Shown here in pieces: positions 1-9,500 of a stretch of 64,000 bases of DNA (its first letter is position 1; every line of letters begins with the position of its first letter). This stretch comes from Botryllus schlosseri (Eukaryota): positions 18,042,001-18,106,000 of the forward strand of contig CM119371.1 in assembly GCA_051294905.1 (NCBI GenBank). The letters run 5' to 3'. Below the pieces are notes generated by a model, which saw nothing but the letters and a program-made list of their open reading frames with translations, was not told the origin of the DNA and made no database searches. Both the position numbers and the translations under genes were made by a program.

Positions 1-298
1 ACCAAGGTCGAAATACACTATATGTATAGGTAGTCGGCGAATGATGCTTATTCAACCAATCAATGAATTGATATCGTCGTCTGATGTAAAAAATCTAGCG
101 GGCGTACGGGGTCAATCTCGATTTCATAGGCTCATTCCATCATACAAACCAGATCCGTGCGATCTGGGGTGTGGGCTACTGCTGTATAAATTGTTAATGG
201 AGTAATATCGGTAGCAAGTACAGAAACCCGTTTTACACTCTGCTCAATATCAACGTAGCAATACACGGACACCGAATACATTGTCCGCTCTGGCCTAG

Positions 299-679
299 AC
301 CGTTAAGACGCAAGCTTGTATTGCGTTGCAAGTCCGCCTCGAAATTGTTGGCAAAGCGACGGAAGATATTGATTTTATGGGATAATTATATCATTTAATT
401 GGCCCAGTTGATACATTTGTTGACGTTTAAGACGCAGGCTTGTATTGCGTTGCAAGTCCGCCTCGAAATTGTTGGCAAAGCGACGGAAGATATTGATTTT
501 ATGGGATTATTATATCATTTGATTGGCCCAGTTGATACATTTGTTGACGTTTAAGACGCAGGCTTGTATTGCGTTGCAAGTCCGCCTCGAAATTGTTGGC
601 AAAGCGACGGAAGATATTGATTTTATGGGATTATTTTATCATTTGATTGGCCCAGTTGATACATTTGTTGACGTTTAAA
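299..679. repeat. Three tandem copies of a 124-bp unit inside a dispersed repeat
   Basis: acgtttaa recurs at about 299, 423, 547 and 671. The copies are near-identical. The host repeat (37-720) has homologs at about 27100-27540 and 35555-36060 with at most one unit. Confidence 0.9.
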
Positions 680-874
680 ACGTCAATATGTACTTTAACA
701 TTGTGGCATTTTGTGGCCCGAGTCATTGCTAGGTATCGTGTAGGCTACGTACATTAATATAGACCAGTGGTTCTTAACCTTTTTTCCTCCAGCGCCCCCT
801 TTCAAAGACTATCGGGCTCCAGCGCCCCCCAACCTCATATTGCAAGGAATGTACCAAAGACAATGAGTAAGAGG

Positions 875-2470
875 GAGGGCCGTAACAGAACTTCGTCAAC
901 TCCCCTAAAAACGATTGCCTTGCGCACTCATAGCGTGATAAACCAAACTTCTGAGGGCTTCGCCCCAAGAACCCCGTAGCGTGATTTCGATGGTCAGCAA
1001 AGTCTGTGTGGCCTAGGCCTGGTCGCTTTAGGTGCCAAAATATTCTATAATGCATAAATGAATAGGTGGTAATTACACATATGTCGCTATAAACTTTTTA
1101 TCCTCTCAGCCCACGTAATCAGATTTACCAGTAGTGCTGAGCTGTTGTATTGGAAAATAAACGGCACGTCATTAATAATAAACATATTCGGGCGTGCCCG
1201 TAGGTACAATTAATTCGTTACCAGGGCCGTAGCAGCACTTCGTCAGCCCCCCAAAAATGTTGGTCTTGAGTCCCCCGTAGGGAGATAAACCAAACTTCCG
1301 GGGGGCTCCGCCCCCAGAGCCCCCTTCGGCTATCCGCTATTTGTTGATACTGGTCATCTACATTGGGTGTGCATTTACTGAGCCAGCTATTCTCGCCTAG
1401 ACGCGCCAAGCGCGAAAAATTTCTATAATTATTGATTGAATTGGTCAATATGATCGGGAAGTGCATATATATTAATATCAATTTTTATCCTTTCTCTGCT
1501 CACGTAAACAGATGTACCGGTAGAGCTGAGTGATGTGTGATTGAAATGGTAGGACCCCTCAATAATAATTATACATCTTAGGGCGTATACCCGTTGGCAG
1601 GAACGAAACGACACTTCGTCAGGCCCGCCGAAAAAACTTGGGTCTTGGGCTTCCATAGGGTGATAAACCGACCGCCCCCCATCACGTTGTTCGCTTTTGC
1701 CACGAAATCAGCTGTACTGTTTAGCGAGACAGTGCGAAGCGCGAAAATTTTCGATAATTCACGATAAAATCGGCCAATAAGATCGGGAATTGCATATATA
1801 TTGCTATCAATTTCTTGTCCTCTCTGCTCACGTTACCAGATTTACCGGTAGAGCTGAGTGAGGTGCAATGTTCCATCTAAGCTGCGCACGTGCGCAGTGC
1901 TGACACGGTCTCTGCGCACAAAAAATCTACGTTGCGCACAACAAGTCCGAAGTTATGACCTTTTTTTAGTCGTTACGCACTGTTGTCCAAGGGTCTGCGC
2001 AGTGAGTTTGTGAGTGTGCGCAGACTCGTCAAAACGTAGAGGGAACATTGTGAGGTGTCTTGGAAACTGTAGGGCCCGTAAGTAATAATTAAACATACCC
2101 GGGCGGGCGGACCCGTTGATATGACTTCGTAGCATGATGTTATTTCGTGGCCTCCTGTCTGCTATATCAAAAAATATAGAATCGCCCAACAGGGATATCG
2201 CCCAACGGGGATATCTAGTTCTATATATCCCTGTCGTCCAATCGTACTAAACTAAAAGACGCACACGATTTCAAATTGGTATTTCTTCACTGGCATATTA
2301 TTTTTCTCTGCCAGATGGAATTCGTCTTCTGAGGTTCAGATTGCCAAGACAGGAACATTCGGTGCCAGTCATTTAGGCGCCTATGGACAATTAAACCTAT
2401 ATGTCTTTGGTAGGCTATAAATAACCAAGTTTTCGGTGTTAATTCGCTCTGAATATACTCATCAAGGATA
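875..2470 (+). mobile_element. Family-A hAT element (CAGGGCCGTA termini) nested in 765-2635, with about 3 internal tandem units, 3'-truncated
   Basis: Terminal motif (c/g)agggccgta.cag.acttcgtca at 875 and 1222. Internal units are homologous to 25616-26891 in inverted orientation. Confidence 0.7.
1866..2050. mobile_element. 185-bp MITE nested inside family-A element
   Basis: TIR CAATGTTCC(A/C)TCTA. TGAGGTG is duplicated on both sides (7 bp, or 8 bp if the right end lost a G). It interrupts a unit that is uninterrupted at about 44130. Confidence 0.75.
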
Positions 2471-2659
2471 TGTCCTACTACCACATCATCTACTGCGAAG
2501 CCATTTTTCTCCAGCGCCCCCCATACCGCCCCCCTGAGCCCAGCGCCCCCCATATCGCCCCCTGAGCGTTTCCGCCCCCCTTCAAAATCGCCAGCGCCCC
2601 CTGGGGGGCGCTGGAGGCAAGGTTAAGAACCACTGATATAGACTAACACTACACTGAAA

Positions 2660-2790
2660 TGCAGGGTTGGAATTAGCAATATGACGTGACTTGACGTCAT
2701 GAGGTTCACGTTCGCGTTCGCACAGAACATTTCAAAAAGGTTCTCGTTTACACGGACCTGAACCTTTCAGAGGTTCACACCATCTCTAAT
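2660..2790. repeat. Dispersed repeat (CACGTTCGCGTTC family, probable MITE remnant)
   Basis: Homologous to 27560-27690. Related ends at about 35170-35260 and 53150-53270. Confidence 0.6.
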
Positions 2791-3220
2791 AGTAACGTTT
2801 ACAGTGCATTAAACAGAAAAGCCTTAGCTAACGTTTTACATTGCAGTAATTAGGACTGTAGGCTAATACCGACGTGTCTTAGCCATGAGATATTACATCT
2901 ATAGATACCGAGGAAGCCGATACAGATTAAGCAGATGAAATAATCAATACTCCCGGTCAAACAATCGTAGATTCTTCTTCTCTAACTGACGTCACGAAAA
3001 TTGCCGATATTCTCAATGGCAGAGACAGACATTTTTTGCAAAGGGTGATATCAACTCGATATTATCGGCGAACCGATAATGATCTGTCGAACTAAATTCA
3101 GATCATTCGTCTCAGCCCAATATTTTTATCTTGATACTACGCCTCTGCAGATCCCTAGAACACAGCCCCGATATTGTATAAGATATGATGTTGAATCTTT
3201 GATACATCGCCGTTTACGAC

Positions 3221-4699
3221 TAGGGCTGGGCACAATGATTCGAGTACTCGAATCTGAATCGAGTACTAATTTAAATGATTCGAGTCGAGTGGTGAAGGAC
3301 GATTTTTTTGAGTACTGAAATTTTACGCTCTTAGCAACTGAAAGTTAATTCACTAACGAGAAATATAGTTTCGATACTATTTTCCACTGGGGAAGTCTTG
3401 AAACCTTGTTTGGCCGTGCCGTAGCATGCCAGACGCAGTACAAAGCTACGAACGTTACTGGAAATAACACATATCCAAAGTCACGATCATCCCGCAACAT
3501 TGTCAAGAAGTGCAATGAAATCGGTACGGTCGATAAAATACCGAAGTATCTTTAATGGGAAGGACAACAGGCATTATATTCTTTGGGGTGGAATAAAAGG
3601 TTCATATTTGAACTTTGACATAGTACACTCTCTTGTGACGTCATGAAGAGTGATACTCGATTACTCGACTCGAATCGAAGCGTATTACGTGATTCAGAAT
3701 CGAATCACCCAGGTAGGGGAGATGTGGTACCGATGGATCACTGGGACCGAAAATACTTGAAAAATTATCCATGATAATTCCATGATTACACTCCGTGACT
3801 TTGTCTACAGTTACATGCTGGCAGAATCTTTCCCCACATGCAAAAAAATTCGACCTGCGTGAGTTATGGGGTCTGTGACGAATAATTTACGTTTTAGGGG
3901 GTGCAAAGTAAATTAAGATCGACATTTGCATTTTTCTATATCACCTTTCAGACTAACAAACCCGCCATAATTTTTGATGTGAAGTATAGGGCTTGTATCA
4001 GGGTATATAATGGCACATATTTTTTAAATCAATACCATCCTTGAGTGAGCTATTTTCAATTCAATTACAATATTTATGGGGTGGGGGACCTATGGTACCA
4101 TAGCCAAATCAAGCAAAATATATGGACCAACTAATCACTTAGCAACAGAAACTCGACTACATATATATAGGCTGTAAATCATATTTATCGGTGGTGTTTT
4201 GTCGCTATTACGAGGTATTTGAAAGTCGAAATGTCGATATGCGGGTAATATGTATGTGGCATTAATTTTGTAAGTTTGGGCGAAAATCAAAACATGATTT
4301 TATGCCAACATTTGAGTTGATATAATCTATTTTATTCTTGAAGGGCGTGACGAAACATTCTTCATTGGCTTGCTGTAGCTTAGCTTATAGTACACAACAA
4401 AACAAGTGAACAAATTTGAGTTTTCGAGCGTATGTCTCATAGGTCCCATGGTCATGTGCCTTTGGACCCACCGGGTGGGGACCGATGACACGTTCGAGCA
4501 ACAAGTTTTAAACGTTTATAAATATTTTTTGAAAAGGTGTGTATCAATGTTAATGTCCGCGATAAGTAGATCTTGTATCGAAGTGTTGAGACAGCAAAAG
4601 ATCTGCTATTCTCGGCTGAAGATTTGAGGGCCAGAGATCATTTTGCAATTTTTGATCCATCGGTACCACATCTCCCCTACTCGATTTTGCCCAGCCCTA
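3221..4699. mobile_element. 515-bp hAT MITE (TAGGGCTGGGCA termini, GACTCGAATC subterminal repeats) carrying a nested insertion
   Basis: TSD TTTACGAC at 3213-20 and 4700-07. Removing the nested element leaves 515 bp, the same as the copy at 39727. Confidence 0.9.
3716..4677. mobile_element. 962-bp TIR element with TA target duplication (superfamily unassigned, Tc1/mariner-like TSD)
   Basis: 25-bp TIR GGGGAGATGTGGTACCGATGGATCA. TA at 3714-15 and 4678-79. The host empty site caggTActcg is seen in the copies at 39727 and 42346. Confidence 0.88.
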
Positions 4700-4949
4700 T
4701 TTACGACCAGTAGTATGGTCAGCTGTATATCAATATATCAGATTCCGTATCACTGTTAGGATTTAGGCTATTTGAGCAGGAAAATTTCAGGAGATGCAGA
4801 TATGTCCATCGGGACTAAGAAGGCGGACGTCGCATTTCGCAAGTGATTAAGAAGAGATGACAAGCGATGACGCGTGGCATCGATACTACAGATACATACG
4901 TACCAATGGATGGTTCGTGAAAATTCTCTAGTCTAGTTGTAGTCTGAAT

Positions 4950-5349
4950 CAGAGATGAGCATGGATTACGATTTTGGAAAATCGGATTTGTGAAATGTTG
5001 GCGGTTTGATTCGCACTAGGTTTTGAGATTATTTTAAGAATGTATTAGGATTAGGATTGTATTTACCGATTTTCGGAAGATTGATGTCCTGTGGGGAATG
5101 GCGACAAGGTTTTCCGTCCTACCAAAGTTACTTCATGCATTTTGGGCACTCAAAGGCGTATTATTAATTTTTACAGAATTATAGGCATAAGATGTAGGCT
5201 TTTTAAGAAGAATTGTAAGTTTGAATCGGATTATGATTGGGAGTAGGATTGGAATACACAAAATTTTCAGATTAGGTTTAGAATTAGGATTTGAAGCATC
5301 GGATTTGGATTGGATTAGGACATAAAAATTTCAAATCCGCTCAATTCTG
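4950..5349. mobile_element. hAT MITE (CAGAGATGAGC termini, GGATT repeats)
   Basis: TSD GTCTGAAT at 4942-49 and 5350-57. Homologous to 53282-53740 and 54796-55180. Confidence 0.85.
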
Positions 5350-6088
5350 GTCTGAATGCAGTTGCTTTCTGAAAATAATGGCTGATCACAAAATTATTTT
5401 AACACTCTCATCTTTGATTGGAAACCATAACATATTTAAAGCGCAAAGCCATTTTGAAATTAACTTTTGTAACTGCAACAGCACTTTCGATACAGTTGAG
5501 AACATTCCGTCCGATTTTCAAGTGGTTGAAATCGGAGTCAGAGCACCTTAATAAATTTTGATTTCTGTGACCCCAAATGCTACATACTGCACAGCCTAAG
5601 AAAACGTCGACTTCTTATGTCGCTACCTGTCCTGTTGGTAACGTAATGACGTCGTACTTTATCTATCGACCCCTCCAATACATGATTACGTCACAAAGTC
5701 CAAATCATGAATTTGAGAGCGAGAATACCTTTTGCGAATTTTCAAGCATACAGCGGATGTCACAAACACGAAAATATTATGGATGGGAAGGTATATATTG
5801 CACATAAATCGTAACCATTGATACCTGCCGAAGAACAAAATCATCAGAGGTTGTCAAGTACTCATAATTAGCTATTATGTAGAACTAGACGTAGAAGAAA
5901 CCTATATAAGAAAAGTATAAGTAGTGATTTCCAAATATTCCAGGCGTCGTTTTCATATACAACAATTGAGTAGAAGTGGAAATAGTACATAAGCACTCAC
6001 CACCTGAACGAGAAGTTCAAGTAGGCAAAACCTACCTGAGTACTTCAAAAAAGTACAAATATATTTCGCTACCGACAAACTCTGAAAA

Positions 6089-8551
6089 TTACTTACGCCG
6101 ACAGAATATTTTGGTAATTAGACATAAACAGTCCGAATAAAGGATTGGATTTAGAGCGCTGTTGATGGGGAGCAGCCCAACGGCCGACACAGTGTACGCA
6201 GTGCTCGAAATATCAAACCCGAACAAATGCATGAACCCGAGTACGCATATAGGAACCCAGCATACGCAATCGGTGGCCACCAACAGAAATATGCGAGCCT
6301 GCATTTTCTGTATTTCGTTACGTCTCTTGATAAGTGTTCTACTCGTGTTCGATGTTTCGCTTCTCGTGGAGCGAGTGTCTTTTCGTGACTTCCAGAACTT
6401 TTGCAAACTGGCAGAGGGCAGTTTAATGTTCCTATTCGAAGGTATATTGTCTGGGTACCTTTCCGAAGGGTTGCGTTGAATAACCCTGCTGCTCTTCGAC
6501 AGCTTGTATATGATGAGATACGCCGCGAGAATGTACATAAAAGCCGCTAGATTTAGCGATAAAAACACAGTGGTGTGCTTCCAAGACGAGTCTCCAATCG
6601 AGACGAAAAGCGTCGGCAGGCAAACGCTGTGCGCGCTGTAAAAGCCGAAATACTTCCACTTCGAAAACGAGGGAAATAATTCCGCGGATAATCCCTCCAG
6701 CTCACCCCAGGACATATCGTTTTGTGAAAATCCGAATCCGGTGGAGTTGTTGGAAAACGCGATAGTCTTCAACAAAATGTCGTTGGCCGTCGTGCGGTTT
6801 ACGACAGGTGGACGAACGTGAGGCAAAGTTATCCAAGCTTCCGTGGCATACGAATATACGGTACCGGGCAAAACCGGAATAAGCGCAATCAAGAGTGATA
6901 TGATCCATATCGCGACGCACACCGCCGCCAGCACTTTCAGCCGTTTCAAAATCCGCAGTCCGAACGGCTTAACAACAGTCGCTAGGCGTAAGGTCGTCAA
7001 ACCCACGAGAATCAATACTGAGGTTTGGCTTGATAAAACCACTATCACGCCGAGAGACTGGCAGAGACAGCTGGACCTCCAAGCTCTGTCATGCTCCCAA
7101 TAGTTTGAAGTCTTCGACAGCGACACGATTCCCAAAATTATCAGGTAGACCCCCATCAGAAAGTCGGCCGTGGCGAGGTTCAAAATGAATACGCTGTCCC
7201 ATATTCTAATCGACTTTTTCCACCCGCTCGGTACTCTCCTAGTCTTCACTTTACGAGAGATATCATGAGCCTTGAAGCGGTTGTGACATTCAGCTAATCG
7301 TGGTCGAGTTGAGGAAGTCAGAGACATAGCCAGCGAACGTAACTTAGTCCAGGGGTGAATGCGATGAAGCGTTAACAGTGACTGCAGGGTTTTGACGATT
7401 ACCATGGAGTTTCCAAATATTGCAAATATTCCCACCAGCCACATAAAAGTCAGAATATACCAATCCTTCACCATTCTATCCTTGGAGGCGAAAGACCATT
7501 TCCGCTGTTTGATTGCGAACCATTCGTCACTCCCGTCTTCACAATCGCTCACTCCGTCCGATATTGCCGACGAATTCACGTAAAGAGGACTGCCGGATTG
7601 GCAGTAAAACCTCCGCGGGCACACCATCTCGTCAACGCCACCGGGACAGTCGATTTTATGATCGCATATCAGGGACCTGGTCAGGGATTGATTGCTTGAT
7701 TCCGTGTCTAAGTACAGAATTGATTTAGCTGAGAAAAAAGACGGCGAAATTTGACGTAACTGTCGCGGCCAAGGCTCACTTCGGGATCGCCTTGATTCGA
7801 AATCATTCATCGACTGATTCATGGCTAGTCTGGAATTATATGTCGACTTTGCTGTCTCAATAAATGAGTGGACACCGATTCTCAGAGATTCACATGTCGC
7901 TACAACTTTAGTACCATTGCTGGGCTTGTGTTTCTTTGGCCTTCCTTTACTGCTTCGCAGTCTATCCTTCATATTTATTTCGCAGTACCTTTCGTCCTCG
8001 CCTTCTGGACATTGGCGCACCCGGTCGCAAACCTCAGTCGGGCTCACGCACATTTTGTATTTGTTAGATTGATTCGCGATACTGTTCTCCATATTAGAGA
8101 TGGATGAAGAGCATAGGATTTCTTTGGGCTTGCATACGTCGCACGGAGACACGTTTGTACCGTCGTCCTTCGTCAGCACTCTGCTTATCCCCGGTATGCA
8201 CGCTCTGTTGAGGAAATCCAATCCGTTTCTCGGCGTACGCCAATTCCCCAAGATATCATGCAAGCTCTGTGCTTTACCGCGTCTGTTCCATATGCGAAAT
8301 GTGCCGTTTCGTGACCGTAATAGGTCCATGCCCCTGTTTACCCCGTTGTTCATTTCCGGATGGGTCATAGTGCATAGGTATTCATCGGATAGGTCCGAGC
8401 AATGAAATTTGCCGTCACATACGTGTCTTTTCGGAATTGGGCGCGAAGTAGAGATGCAATACGCGATGTCTCTGTCGTCACCGCTAAGGAAGCTTTTGCA
8501 CGGGTGCTTATCGTTGCAAAGAGGAAAGTCCGGTCCCCCGATTCTGTTCAT
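6089..8551 (-). CDS. Intronless LDLa-repeat rhodopsin-class GPCR (LGR/GRL101-related 7TM, no leucine-rich repeats), 820 aa
   Basis: Single 2463-nt ORF. About 4 LDLa-type modules (CDGKFHCSDLSDEYLC; CDRVRQCPEGEDERYC; CDHKIDCPGGVDEMVC; FYC..SDGVSDCEDGSDE) are followed directly by a 7TM domain with LGR-family motifs MWLVGIFAIFGN, ILNLATADFLMGVYL, LVATDCVCWVPI, LLPINSALNPILY. Confidence 0.92.
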   Translation of the reverse strand: MNRIGGPDFPLCNDKHPCKSFLSGDDRDIAYCISTSRPIPKRHVCDGKFHCSDLSDEYLCTMTHPEMNNGVNRGMDLLRSRNGTFRIWNRRGKAQSLHDILGNWRTPRNGLDFLNRACIPGISRVLTKDDGTNVSPCDVCKPKEILCSSSISNMENSIANQSNKYKMCVSPTEVCDRVRQCPEGEDERYCEINMKDRLRSSKGRPKKHKPSNGTKVVATCESLRIGVHSFIETAKSTYNSRLAMNQSMNDFESRRSRSEPWPRQLRQISPSFFSAKSILYLDTESSNQSLTRSLICDHKIDCPGGVDEMVCPRRFYCQSGSPLYVNSSAISDGVSDCEDGSDEWFAIKQRKWSFASKDRMVKDWYILTFMWLVGIFAIFGNSMVIVKTLQSLLTLHRIHPWTKLRSLAMSLTSSTRPRLAECHNRFKAHDISRKVKTRRVPSGWKKSIRIWDSVFILNLATADFLMGVYLIILGIVSLSKTSNYWEHDRAWRSSCLCQSLGVIVVLSSQTSVLILVGLTTLRLATVVKPFGLRILKRLKVLAAVCVAIWIISLLIALIPVLPGTVYSYATEAWITLPHVRPPVVNRTTANDILLKTIAFSNNSTGFGFSQNDMSWGELEGLSAELFPSFSKWKYFGFYSAHSVCLPTLFVSIGDSSWKHTTVFLSLNLAAFMYILAAYLIIYKLSKSSRVIQRNPSERYPDNIPSNRNIKLPSASLQKFWKSRKDTRSTRSETSNTSRTLIKRRNEIQKMQARIFLLVATDCVCWVPICVLGFMHLFGFDISSTAYTVSAVGLLPINSALNPILYSDCLCLITKIFCRRK

Positions 8552-9231
8552 AGGCCTCGACTCTGTTACGATAAAGCAGTGTTGGTAATATCACATCTTT
8601 GTTGCATCTGCTACAGGCTGGACAAAATAGATTATCTGGATGACTCGATTTCAATGCGAGTAGAATATTCGCGCATCACTCAGTAAACGATTCAAGAATA
8701 TGGAAGAAATGGAAAGTTCAAATAGTTATCTATTATGTGACCTCAAAGATACTGATGTCAGTTCTAAGCGTATGGGCAGATGAAATCCAAAAACTTTTCA
8801 CTACGCCTTTTTGATTATACTTCATACAAATGCTGTGTGTTGATCTGGACTGCAGAGAAATTTAATCATGAGTAATGTGCGCATAGCTTTGTAGGCCTAC
8901 TACATACTGTGGGTGCTGTGTTGCGGCTGAAAGAAATTTCAAGGCAGACACCATGAGAAAATGTACCGAAACTATGATTTTCGTTGATAATACTTAATAT
9001 AACTCTTAGTGAAAAGGAGGGTATAATTATGTGCAATAAGAGGCGATCTCTTACCTGCGGTCCATCGGAGACAGTAAAAGGCGAGTTCGACAAGTATGAG
9101 GAAGAATCGGCTTGCCATCGTAGAGTTATTTGGATTATCAAACTAGTTGTATTAACCTGCAATGCAATAGTTTCATACAGTTTTAAATGTTTAATCTTAA
9201 CCAGCCGGTAAAATGTACATGCAATGTCGTT

Positions 9232-9500
9232 GATTTGTTTGTTTGTTTGTTTTGAGGTATTCATGGTGTTTGTCGACTACTATTGTCATTTATACACCAG
9301 GCAAATTTTCTTCATTTTTCCCGTAGCTGCCGACTTATAGCACGCCCCACTTCTGGGCCTTTATAAGACACCGCTTATACGGATAAGATGGCGAAGAGGA
9401 GCCTGGATAAACCTCCAACACTTAGGTAGAAATTCAGGAGTCGACCTCGGTCGGACTCGAACCCGTATCCCGTTGGTGTTGCAGCTGTGATCATACCATT
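9232..9500 (-). mobile_element. tRNA-derived SINE family 1 with (AAAC)n tail
   Basis: Box B GGTTCGAGT in the head. Colinear with 38733-39005. Partial copies at about 19020-19205 (-), 23670-23805 (+) and 56625-56785 (+). Confidence 0.8.

Larger units (their letters stand above)
765..2635. mobile_element. Non-autonomous hAT (Charlie/Buster-type) element carrying nested insertions
   Basis: TIR CAGTGGTTCTTAACCT at both ends. TSD ATATAGAC at 757-764 and 2636-43. Subterminal CAGCGCCCC repeats. Confidence 0.9.

Noticed and set aside
299-679. CRISPR-like regular repeat
   Set aside because: The units are contiguous 124-bp duplicates with no unique spacers, in eukaryotic context with no cas genes.
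6162-8686. Several plus-strand ORFs overlapping the GPCR
   Set aside because: They are antisense shadows of a long coding frame and carry no motifs.
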